Assembly: GCF_018977255.1 (NCBI RefSeq)
Contig: NW_024704742.1
Span: 53,198,001 to 53,262,000 of the forward strand
Direction: 5' to 3'
DNA: 64,000 bases
Origin: Callorhinchus milii
Taxonomy: Eukaryota
Positions 48,521-60,180 of this stretch are shown one piece after another. How positions within the stretch are numbered: the first letter of the stretch is position 1; every line of letters begins with the position of its first letter. Position numbers and translations under genes: made by a program. The notes under the pieces were generated by a model. It saw nothing but the letters and a program-made list of their open reading frames with translations, searched no databases and was not told the DNA's origin.

Positions 48521-50151
48521 TATTGTTAGAGGCTACATACCCTGGCAATAATATTATTATTACATGGCAACAATTCTGTTCAGAGCAGCACCTTCAGTGA
48601 CAAGCCACTATAATGGAAAATCACTACGAAGGCTGCCTTGAAAGGAATTTGTAGCTCACAATCTCCATGAGGGGCTATGGGAAGGAGGACATTTTTACCT
48701 GAATGTCAACACAGTTATGTCAACACATTTTACAAAGGACCCGATGTTACAGATTTATTATTTCCTATCCTGTTTTCTCCCCCACTTCCTTGATGTTGCT
48801 GAATTCACACTTGCATATGGGTTCCGTAGAGATTAGCCACCATCTAGCCGCTCTCACTCACCCTGTGAGAGCCCAATGTTCCTGCTGGGTTTGTAAGGTA
48901 TCTGAGTGGACGTAAAGTGTTCACTTGTAAAATGAGGTGATGCTTATCCTGCAGCCACTGGCTTTACATTTCTGCTGCCTTTATATTGTTGACCTGACGG
49001 CATGGACTCTGATGCCAATGTGGAGGTGCTGCCATTATTCCTGTGCCCACCCTATTTACTCTGCACTGTTGAAGGGAAGATATGTACTTGCTGCGCAATG
49101 ATGCCGTGCCAATGTGCAGAATTCATGATTTAATCCGTGCGGGCTTTCACTTGTAAAATGCAATGCAATGTAATTTACATATATATAGTGGCTTTCATAT
49201 CGAGAGGGTGTCTTAAAGTGCTTAGTCACTAAACTTTACAAATTCACAATCACTACACTTTACACTGCATCCTGTGAGGAGCTTTGAGTAATGCCCTCCT
49301 GACCTGAAAGACTTTATATCAAATGGAATGATCATTATTCATTATAATTATTAAGTAGTGGAATGAGGTCAGGCTGCTTGACCTGCACCTGCCTCATTTT
49401 TTCTTCATAGACTAGAATTGGTTTCAACAGTAAATTAAATGCGTGTGGCTGCTCATTCTGTGCTACACTTCACCAGTGTCACTGCGTTTAACAGTTTGCT
49501 GTGGTGCCATAAGTCGGAACCAGTATTTTCACTCGGCAAGAAAGAGACAAAAATTTTTTTTTGCAGCCTGGTTCATTAGACGCTCTTTGCTGTTAACAGA
49601 TAGACACTAAACTGCAGCCACAAGGAGTGAATGGCTGAGGGGGACTCTCCTATAAAGGTAAAGAACTTCCTCCTTTAAACTGAGCCACAGCACAAGCACT
49701 GATCAAAGAAATGTGTTAAGCAATGCTCTCTTGTTGTATCGACTGCTACTGAATCTGGTAGCAATAGTCAAATTAGCAAATGAGCTTGAAAGGTCTGAGC
49801 AGTGACAACAGATGGGATCAAAGCAGTTTGTGCTGGGTCAGCATTGTCTGTACATCTGTTTCTCCAAACAACTTGTTATTTTCTTGTGTTTAGTGACTTC
49901 AAAGATAGTTCCAGCTGTGATTTATTTAACCACAACATGAGACTTCGTCACCCTGTCTGTCAGTCATTGTGAAAAATGGTGTCGAAATTGGAGATGTGTC
50001 TGAGTATTTACCATCTTATCGCTTAAATCACTCATCACTAAAAGGTTCAATAAAAACAGATAAAAATACACAGTGGGGAGAGGGAAGAAACACATGGTGA
50101 GCGGCTGTGGTACCTGACCCTTCTGAGATGCCAGACACAGTGACGCAGTAG

Positions 50152-50529
50152 ATAATAATATAACAATAATAATCCTTACATTTGATATAGCGCCTTATGT
50201 CTTCAAGACGTCTCAAAGCGCTTTACAGAATATTCTGTAAAGTGAATTGACTGTATATTTTGTGGGCGTAACATGGCAGCACATTGCACACAGCAGTGTC
50301 TACCAAATAGTCATGGATTGAGTGACCAAATTATTATAAAACATTTTTTTTGAAGGAATTATTACACCCAGAAAAGCTATCCGCCAATTGCCTAACAAAC
50401 GGGTTCCAACTTACTGCTAGGTAAACAGAGGCGTGTGGAGTAATGAAACTTGTCCATGTTTAACATTGCTGGGAGTCAAATCCAGGTCCTCTCACTTGGA
50501 AGGCAAGTGTTCCAACCATTGAGCTACAG
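50152..50529 (-). mobile_element. Young tRNA-derived SINE, long form
   Basis: Tail, body, extra segment (TTACTGCTAGGTAAACAGAGGCGTGTGGAGTAA) and head (...AACCATTGAGCTACAG). Confidence 0.88.
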
Positions 50530-50644
50530 CCAGTTTATGGCTGATCCAGGTGCTGAGCATGTTCAGTCTCCAGAGAGACAGCAAACATCCTGGAAATGGT
50601 CTGATTGATGCATTTGGATTTAAATTTAAAGAAAGAAATCCATT

Positions 50645-50820
50645 CCGTCTCAAGACCTTCCTCTTCGACCGCACTTTCAGTAATCCTCCTACTCTTACTT
50701 TCCCTGCCCTCCACCCCTCCTGTTCCCACCATCCGGCTCGGGTGCAAATCCTTGACTGTCCAGTGCTTTGGGATGTCCTCTTGACATGAAAGGTGCTATA
50801 TAATACAATTTGTTGTTAAT
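50645..50820 (+). mobile_element. L2 LINE 3' tail
   Basis: CCGTCTCAAGACCTTCCTCTTCGACCGCAC (RLKTFLFDR)...GTGCTTTGGGATGTCCTC..GACATGAAAGGTGCTATA. Confidence 0.8.
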
Positions 50821-53800
50821 GTTGTCAAGTGTTAGTTCAATCCTAACAAATTGGCCTGTTATTTTGGTCTTATTGGATTGAATTTGTGCAACTTGAATTC
50901 CTTATTAAGGAATCTCATTGAATAGAGCAACAATAGATCCCTAAATATGATGCAGAAACAGATATCAGTTCTTTTTTCCAAATGGCATTTGTAGTTATTT
51001 GCTTGTATTTCCTTTCGCTTAGTAGCTCTATTGTTAAAAAGCTGTCAATTTCCTTTATCCTCCAACCTGCCTAATGAGGAAACTGAAGCTTGACCCATGC
51101 AGCCAGCCACACAGGCCTGTGTGTCCACATTCTGTGAATGCCTGGGGTTTCTGTTGTCATACAGGCTCCAAACCGGCACCACATTGGCTCTTTGGGGACT
51201 GTCTGTGTTCCTTTGCCTGGAAGCAATTGCTGCTAAGCCACAGGTCTCTTGCCAATTCAAACATTCTCCAATGTGCTTACTTTATTTATCCAGTGCTTAG
51301 CACATTCAGCCAAGTGAATGCTGCCTTTAGTTGGTCTGGTAGTGAAAGGGTAAACAGAAGGATTTTCTCCATCTCCCTGTGTACACAATCCTCAGGACTC
51401 TTTGAGCGGGCCTAGCAGAGGGTCAAATCGGAAGAGAGATGGTTCAATAAAAAGAAACAGGGAGAACTCCATTGATGGGTAAAAAAACAGAAGATTGCTA
51501 GTTGGATTCCATGTTGGAATTGTGGTTAGCAAGACATAATTGGTCCTAGGGGTCCTGCTCTTGACTACTATCCAGAAGACCATTTCTGAGGGCAAGATTG
51601 GCTTCCCTCTGATGCCTCTTATGGTTGGCTAGTCCAAGCTCACACTGAATGATGGCAACTTAACTGAAGTACTGCTGGATGAAGGCACCCTATAGAACTG
51701 TACCACAGGCAAAAGCAAAGAAGAGTCAAATGCTTTGGGATAATGTTTGTTTGGACGGTTGGGTGTTTGACAATTACGGGACGTACATTTGTACGTCAGC
51801 TACAGGTGGACATTTCCCTGTGTTTGGAATGGAATGTGACTCTCTCCCTGGAGGGAAACACCCTGTTCACCCAATTCCAGAGAGTATTAGGTGTAGGTTA
51901 GTGAACACTAAGGCTTGTGGTCTCTAAAGTGTGTGTTAGATTGTTGCTGGAGTTTAAACAGCAGTCGTTTGCCTTGCCATGTGGTGAGGAGGGGAGACAA
52001 TTGGGGGAGGAACAGAGGGAAATGAAAATACTTCAGCTTTGTGAAAGAAAAAAATCCATAGCACTTTGGTTGGACCAGCTGCAATAATAGTATCATTCAG
52101 ATTGAAAATATTTGCAAGTCTTGAAGTAACTTGATCTTGCCGCAACTATTTTGACAGCTTTAAGACAGCAAGTAAAGTCAAGGTTCCATTTATGACAATT
52201 CATAAAACTATTACAGCCTAAGTGTAAAACAATGAGGCCCCACTTATTCTGCCTGAGCACGTTGTAACTGCAATGAGAATAATCAGTCCACAGACGGATA
52301 CAATAACAAGAACTTCCTGTTCACAAGATAAGAAACAATAATAATCTCCTTTCCCAAAGGCATTACTTCAGATTGAGGAGTGTTTCCATAGGCGCCAGTA
52401 GCCTATTCCGAGTGAACATTATTCATATTCCCTAGACAGTGGGATCTATCATTCCCTAAAAATAGAGATTTTTTGCCTCATCTTTTTAGTGAGAATCTAT
52501 TTTTAACAAATAACAGCATCAGCACAGATGGGATGGGCCATATTACCTCTTTGGCGCTGCACACTTCTGTGTTCTATAATTCTGAGATAGAAACCAGGGA
52601 ATGTTGGAAACCAATTCATCATTGGGGAGATCACAGCCAAGGACCATCCTATCCGCACCTCATGCCACAGTTTCAGGATGAGTTGTGCACTGGTGCACAA
52701 GAGTGGAAAGCTTCATATATGCCATTTAATGACCCATCCTTCAGGTTCTGCTTGCCTGTTCACATGGACAATAAAGAGCCCATTGTATTATTATTATTAT
52801 TTTATTATTAGTAATGGTATGACAGGAAAATAGAGGTTGCAATTTTTGATGCTGAAACAGTGTCACTCACCACAAAGGACCTTTGAACACAGATTGTAAT
52901 TCTCAAAAACAAGTTAATGACTACACACAAGTGCTCAGAACACCAAACAACTGCAGAAAGCGATCTCATGACGGGTAAAGGGATGGAAAAGCTTAACTGG
53001 AACAAGACAGCAAATACAATTCACCTGCACAGGGTAGCAGAGCAGCCATTATACCACATTTTTTGCATTGCTTCTCCTTAAAAGGTGCAGTTTAGGTGTG
53101 GTTTAGGTGGCGCAATTCGCCTTGCAAACCTTGCTGAGCCCCATTCCTGGAGAATCATGACCGAATCTGATCCAGTTCTCAATCGATGGTCACACACAAC
53201 TTAAAGGACTTTCAGCAAGATTTGCTTGATAACAAACGGGGGTGAGACTGCTGGCTGATGTTTCCTCTTCAAAGCCTAAAGGTCAACCGAGGGGACCAAT
53301 TGACTCCAGAAGACTGTGACCTTACTGGTCTGCATGCCTCTGTTTCACATTGTCACTATGAAGTATAACACAGTGAATCTTGTGCCTGCTTAGATGAGTT
53401 CACCATGTCCACCACCCCTAAGAGCGTCTCTGCTCACCTGAGGCAGATGCACATTGGCACATCTTACCAGGGAGTGTCCCAACACGTGCAAGTGAACACA
53501 GACTGTGATTGGAACTTCTGACCTTCAGATCTATAAATCCTCAAACTGTACACTGCGTGCACCCACTAGCAAATGGGGTGCTAGAGTATTCTTCTTGACA
53601 GTATCTGGACTTTATTCTGGTGTTGCACCACTCAATATCACAGCAAGTCCTTCAGGGAATTATCACATCTGGATTTTCGGCCAGTCAGAAAGAGGTTTTA
53701 TGGAATATGGTCTTTAAAGTGATGATTTTGAATTGTAATGAGTTTCTTTTTTTGCTCTTTGTTCAGAAATGCTTTGACGTGCCATGAGAATGTTTGCAAA

Positions 53801-54089
53801 CATATGAAAGGGATCCGTGTTCCGGTCCTATTCTGGCATGATTTCTTGTTTTTATTCTTGAACTTTAAAACATTTGCGTCCTCCAGGAAGTGGCCTATTG
53901 ACGTCTTGGAATCCATCACATCCTCAGCTTGAGCCGATCACACACATACACCGATGGGAACGGCCTCTGGAGACAAGGTTTCTTTATGAATGTTGGTGGT
54001 AAAAATTGGAAATAAAAAGCTGCTCTTTAAGAATATACACCATAATTTAAAGTGTAGCAACTCATTTTGTAGAACAAATGCGGGAGCCA

Positions 54090-54825
54090 TCATGGTTCTA
54101 CAAACAGCCATACTACCATTGATTGTTTAATCTGGAGTATTGTTGACTAGGACACCAGGAGAAAATAGCTTTTTGGATAATATTATGGGATTTTAAAATC
54201 CACCTAAATACACAGAGGGAACTAAATGTAATGTCTTATCTGAAGGATGGCACCCCCAGCAATGCATCACTCCCCCAGTACTGCAATAGTGTCAACCTGG
54301 ACTATGAGTAAAGTCCCAATCTGGGTTTTGAACCCACAAGCTTCTAACTCTGAGCCACGTTGATATCACTGTTGAAATTCCTTCAGTCTTAGTTTGGCAT
54401 TGTTAGGGAAAAGATCTCTGCTGCTTTCAATCACTTGACATGGAGGGGATGCCCTGCTCAGTTCATAGCACTCTCACCTTTGAGTTAGAAGGTTGTGTTA
54501 TTGGAGGTGCCGCCCTTCAGATTAGGCATTAAATTAATGTCGCCCTTCAGATGAGACGTTAAATCAATGTCCTATCTGTCAGGTGGATGTTACAGATCCC
54601 ATTACACCGCTCAATAAAAGAAGTGAGTTTCTCCTGTTTCCCTGGCCAACAACCTCCCAGATAAATTGGTCATGGTTGTTTGTGAGACCTTGCTGTGTGC
54701 AAATTGGCTGCTGTATTTGCCTACAAAATATACAGTCACTGAACTTTGCAGTAGGTTCGGTGCAGTGCTTTGAGACATCCGAAAGATGTGATAAGGTACA
54801 ACGTCAAACATAAGAATTATTATTA
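54090..54825. mobile_element. Two Deu-domain SINEs head-to-head (~54090-54365 minus, ~54450-54825 plus with a ~30-bp internal tandem duplication)
   Basis: Collinear Deu blocks in both orientations; CGCCCTTCAGAT...TTAAAT.AATGTC repeated at ~54511 and ~54541. Confidence 0.75.
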
Positions 54826-55191
54826 TGCCACTTGTCACACATATCTGCATGTTTCTTACCCTGATCATATGTAGTAAATAAAGCAATTTCTTTGCAGCGT
54901 TGAATAATAGAGCTGCCACAAAGAGGCAATAGCCTTTCTATACATTTCACTGCATATCAACACTCCTTGTCTCTAGAATCTCCTGAATGTAATTTTCTCA
55001 ACTTTTGCAGAATAACCATTTACAGAAAAAAAACGTTTTTGTCCAGATTAATTAAATCAGTGGGTTTGGTCAGAGTATATAAAGGGATTTAAATGCACTA
55101 ATTTCTATTTGGTAAATGATAATTTCCCGATGTTGTTGTTTTTATCCACCTTCATGTACGTACAATTGTTCGCTGAACACTTAGTGTAGCT

Positions 55192-56455
55192 ACAACAACA
55201 ACAACAAGATTATATTTGTATAGCATCTTTCACATCGGGAGGACGTCCCAAGACGCTGGACAATGTACAGCATTTCAGACCTGAGCTGGGGGGGGAGAAG
55301 GGAGGGGAAGGGAAGGGGGGTGGCTGATGGCATGGTCGAAGAGGAGGGTCTTGAGGTGGGACTTGAAGGAGGCTAAGGAGGGGGCAAGGCGGAGTAACTG
55401 GGGACGTGGAGCAGGCCAGAGCTGGCTGAGCGGAGGGAACGGGCGGGTTGGTAGAGGGTTAAGAGGTCGCAGAGGTAGGGTGGGGCGAGGCCATGGAGGA
55501 CTTTGTAGGTGAGGATCAGGATCTTGAACTGGATCCTCTGAAGGATAGGGAGCCAATGGAGTCAGGTGAGAGTGGGAGAAATGGGGTCACGAAGTTTGGT
55601 GCAGGAGAGGACACGGGCTGCAGAGTTCTGGATTATCTGCAGCCTGTGGAGGGAGGAGTTGGGAAGGCCGACAAGCAGGGTGTTTGCATAGTCGAGCCTG
55701 GAGGTGATGAAGACATGAACAAGAGTTTCAGCGGCCTGAGGGGTGAGGTAATGGCGGAGTCGGGTGATGTTACGGAGGTGAGGGAAGGTAGAGTGGGTCA
55801 TGGCTTGGATGTGGGGGAGAAAAGACAGTTGAACGTCGAACAAGACACCTCGGTTCCTGACGGGCTTGGTGAGTTGTAGTGTGCAACCATGGAGTTTGAT
55901 TCTACCAGAGACTGAGGTGCAGAGGTGCTGGCATGAGTCAATCAGGAGGGCCTCAGTCTTGTTCCGGGTCTGGCCTCCCCCTCGTCCCCCGAGTCCTCCG
56001 CTCCACCCTCGGCGACCATGCCTTCAGCCACTACGCCCCGAGGCTCTGGAACTCCCTTCCTCACTCCCTTCACCTCGTTCCCTCTCTTCCTATTTTCAGG
56101 ACTCGGCTGAAGACCTTTCTTTTCGACCGCGCCTTTGGTCACCTTCCTCCCCCTCCCCCTGGCTCGGCCCCGGGATCCATTACTGTGAAGCGCTCTGAGA
56201 TGCCATCCGGCGTGGAGGGCGCTATATAATTCCAAGTTGTTGTTGTTCACATTCAACTGTAGGAAATTTGCCCTCATCCAGGACTTGATATCCGACAGGC
56301 AGTCTGGCAGGACAGCAGTGGTCCTGGAGTTGAGGGTGGAGGCAGAAAGATAGCGTTGGGTGTCATCCACATATATGTGGAAGTTGACCCCATGTCTGGG
56401 GATGATGTCACCAAGGGGAAGTTTGCAGATATTAAAGAGGAGAGGGCCAAGGACT
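55192..56455 (-). mobile_element. L2 LINE 3' fragment (RT region) with an antisense L2 insert at 55965-56242
   Basis: Minus-strand peptides DDTQ.YLS, CLSDIKSWMRANFLQLN and AETLVHVFITSRLDYANTLLVGLP...LQIIQNSAARVL; the plus-strand insert encodes GDHAFSHYAPRLWNSLP...FRTRLKTFLFDRAF. Confidence 0.92.
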
Positions 56456-57296
56456 ATTAACCTCTCTATGAATTGCCCTTAGATTCCTTGAAGTAATTTG
56501 TAGTATTTAATGATCAAATACTGAGGTGTTGTTACTGATATCAGGCTTACTTTGTGGTATGTGTTCTCTGCAAGTGTGGAGGCTGCTCCTAATGTAGAAC
56601 TAAAGCAAATATTGACAATATTGTTCCTGTCATTTTCTGAAACCGTTATTGAAATTTAATCTGCAGAAATACTTAATTCTTGGAAATTTGAGGCCACTAA
56701 TCAATTATATTCTTTAACACTCAAAAATGAATGTGGACACAAGCTTTCCAAGTCTCATTATAGGCTATAAACAAAATGCAAGGATTATTATTAACTTTAA
56801 CATTAAAAAGACAATGAGTAATTGCCCTTAAAACTTGATCTCTCTTATCCTAACGTAAATGTAACTAAAGAATAAAGTTGGCATAGAAAGTTAGCTTTGA
56901 TCTGATAAATGGTAATATATTCTCACTTCTTTACAGACATTAATGCAGAGTGATGTTGAAGATTTCCCTTAAGATTTTGCTGGAACTTGTGTCAACTACC
57001 AAGGAGAGGCCACTGACGTACATCACTTTGTAGTTTTGCCTAGCTGAGCAATAAGTCATTATATTTCCTCTATGACCATGCCTTTGACCAACTCCCCCCG
57101 GCTTGGTGTCGAGCTCCGACACTCTCAAGTGCTCTGGGTGAGGGGCATTTATATAGCGCCTCTCAGGCAGGATAGTAATTTCTTTCCTGGATGAGGGACG
57201 TTATGTAAATGCAAGTTGTTTGTTGTTGTTGTATATGACCTAAGTTAGATTAGTAAATTTGAAAGAAGAATTTTGACGCTCTGAATTCCATCTTGT

Positions 57297-57603
57297 GGAG
57301 TCTGTAGCTCAGTGGTTAGAGCACTCGCTTTGCAAGTGAGAGACCTGAGTTCAATTCCAGGCGAAACCTTGGACAAGTTTCCTTACTCCACACGCCTAAT
57401 AATAATCCCTCCAAAACAAAAACAATAATAAATTGGTCATTTTCAATCTATGATTGTTTGTGGGACATTGCTGTGCGCAATTGGCTGCCGCGTTCACCCA
57501 CAAATATACAGTCAATTCACTTTACAGTGTGTTCTGTGAAGCGCTTTGGGATGTCCTCCCGACGTGAAAAGCTCTATATCAAATGCAAGGATTATTATTA
57601 TTA
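57297..57603 (+). mobile_element. Young tRNA-derived SINE, full length, short form
   Basis: A-box TAGCTCAGTGG (57305-57315), B-box-like GAGTTCAATTCC (57347-57358), tail ATCAAATGCAAGGATT(ATT)n. Confidence 0.92.
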
Positions 57604-58524
57604 GCCTGTAAGACTATTTTGTTTTCAATTTTAAGATAGTACAAAATTTGGATTTTTCTAAATTTAATTTTCATTTGGAAACCGTTTTTCTGCGTTCTTA
57701 AAATGAACCAGCTTCCAGATTGAGACTGAATTGAAGAGTTTTCCACAATTCTGTGCAACCTTAAACTTTAAGGCAAAATAATCTTACAGGAAAGAGTAGG
57801 TGGAATTTTGGATCTCCAATAACTACATCAGAGAGTTACTATATTGCGTACGTTACAGTTCTGCGTTCAGTACTCGCCTACATCCTTGTATACAACAACC
57901 TCTTTGTCCTTACAGCTTTATATTCAAAAGTACAATCACGTCTTTTTTCCCAAGGCTCCAGCTTTCCTCCGTTCTCAGTGCTGTGCACTTAGACTGAGCA
58001 GGAGGGCAGGTCGGTGGAGACTAAACAATAAAACACAGCCAGGCAGCAACTAGTCTTCAAAGGGAATGGAACAGCTATGCTTTGGAGGGGCTACAGTAGC
58101 AAGGAAATGGCTTTGTTTTGTGTCAATCTACTCCTCAATCTGCTGAATTAAACCAATGCTGCGCAGAGCTGCAGACCTTATACCAAAATATTTTGAAAGC
58201 TTAAACTTCAAGAAAAATAAACTGAACTAAGGAGATGCTCTGTGGATAAGAGTTTCCTGAGGAGTTACCTTTTTCTTTACAGGTATCAGCACAGCAACAC
58301 TGAACATTTTTGAGTCTCACAAAGGCACTTTCTATAGGACTTCAGAAAATTGCTGTTGTGACACCTGGTTTACACCTGCGCTTTCACATACATGTCAAAG
58401 TGAATCTGGTGTCCTTCTCACTACATTTATGGCTCACTTTAGAACAGAGAGAAAACTAAGGTGGCTTCTGGGAGTCAGCATCAAGCTGTCCTTTGCTTGA
58501 GATGGATTTTTGAGACGCTGTAAT

Positions 58525-58815
58525 GAACAAATTACACTTGTATAGCGCTTTTCATGTCAGGAGGACGTCCCAAGGCATTGGTCAGTTAGGGATCCGCACC
58601 CGAGCTGGTGGTTGGAATCATGATGGGTGGAGGGCGGGGAGGGTAGGAGTAGGAGGGTGACCGAAGGCACGGTCAAAGAGGAGGGTCTTGAGACGGGTCT
58701 TGTTGGAGGCAAAGGAGGGGGTAAACTGGAGGGCCTGTGGGATCAAGTTCCAGAGGGTGGGGTCAGAGATGCTGAAGGCCTGCCCACCAATGATGGGTCA
58801 GGCAAGGCAGGGGTC
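58525..58815 (-). mobile_element. L2 LINE 3' tail
   Basis: ACTTGTATAGCGCTTTTCATGTCAGGAGGACGTCCCAAGGCA...GAGGAGGGTCTTGAGACGGGTCTTG. Confidence 0.85.
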
Positions 58816-59084
58816 CCATTTTTATTTATATTAACTTCATTGCCTTTGCCAAAAAACAATGCAAGGTTTCTTATTATGAGATCCACTGCCTTAAGATCAT
58901 GTGGAATTTTATAAAATACCCTTAAATCCAATCTTGATTTGTAAGCCAAATTTCTACAGTCACAAGAAAAAGAACTTTGATTGAATTCAAGACTTTTTCA
59001 ACATTCCAGGGATTCTTACATTTTAAGTTGATGGACCTTAAACCTAAGAATATTAGAAATATTGTACCCAAAAATGCTAACAAC

Positions 59085-59290
59085 TGACCCCTGCTGAAAC
59101 TGCATGTGTTTGGGGAGGGAGGGGTCTGGATAACATTCTCGGCTCCCATGTTAAAATGTCCTAACAAGACTGTCTAGGCTCACACTTGAACAAGGTTCTG
59201 GAAGGCATCTGGCATGTATGCAGTATGAATCTGAGCCTTCTGGAGAGGATGGGCAAGGAGAAGAAAATAGGGAGAGAAGAAAATGGATAA
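59085..59290 (+). mobile_element. LF-SINE-like 3' fragment
   Basis: TGACCCCTGCTGAAA...ACTGTCTAGGCTCACAC...GCCTTCTGGAGAGGATGGG. Confidence 0.65.
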
Positions 59291-59342
59291 TTCTGACTTC
59301 AACACGCAGAACCAGTCTGTAGTTGTGCTTTCTTTACAAAGT

Positions 59343-59535
59343 GGTCATTATTCCAAAAAAAAAATTGCTCATTTTCAATCCACGACTATTTGTGGGACAC
59401 TGCTGTGTGCAATTGGCTGCCAAGTTTCGCCCACAAATATACGGTCAATTCACTTTACAGCATATTCTGTGAAGCGCTTTTAGACGTCTAGAAGACATGA
59501 AAAGCGCTATATCAAATGCAAGGATTATTTATTAA
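59343..59535 (+). mobile_element. Young SINE, 5'-truncated copy
   Basis: CATTTTCAATCCACGACTATTTGTGGGACACTGCTGTG...GACGTCTAGAAGACATGAAAAGCGCTATATCAAATGCAAGGATT. Confidence 0.88.
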
Positions 59536-59729
59536 TATTTTATTAGACTTTAAGTTAAAATAATTCAAACCAACTTCCTAAAATATGTACTGCATGCAAA
59601 AGTAATTGTTTTAAAGCCAGGAAGAAAATAATCTGATAATCGTTGCTGTCATCAGGACTACTTATTAAAACTGTCGCATGGAGGCCGTGTATTTGTGTTT
59701 AGTGTAACTGCAGCTCCAGTATCTTTGTC

Positions 59730-60180
59730 ACAACAATAACAACGAATTACATTACATTTGTAAAGCGCCTGTCAGGTTAAGAAAACGTCTTGAGGCGTGC
59801 CTTGAAGGAGGCAAGGGAGGGAACGAGGCGAAGGGAATGTGGGATGGAGTTCCAGAGGGTGAGGCAGAGAAGCTGAAAGCTCGACCCCAATGGTGGGGCG
59901 GGTTGGGCGGGGGACGTGGAGCAGGCCACAGACTGAGCGGAGGGAGCGGACAGGTTGAAATGGGGTTAGCAAGTCACAGAGGTAGGAAGAAGCAAGGTCG
60001 TGGAAGGCTTTCAAGGCTAGGACAAGGATTTTGAACTCTACCCTCTGGGGGATGGGAAGCCAGTGAAGCCAGGTGAGGTTGGGTGTGATGGGGTCACAAA
60101 GAGTTCTGGGTGATATGCAGCTTATGGAGGGAAGAGTTGGGAAGGCTGACAAGCAGGGAGTTGGCTCAGTCGAGCCTGGA
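59730..60180 (-). mobile_element. L2 LINE 3' fragment
   Basis: Peptide LHWLPIPQRVEFKILVLALKAFHDLASSYLCDLL...RSLRS, a canonical L2 ORF2 C-terminal motif. Confidence 0.9.

Noticed and set aside
57297..57365. tRNA gene (TGC at the anticodon position); also at 8415, 13924 and 45072
   Set aside because: No proper acceptor stem, and every copy continues into the same SINE body and tail; these are SINE heads.
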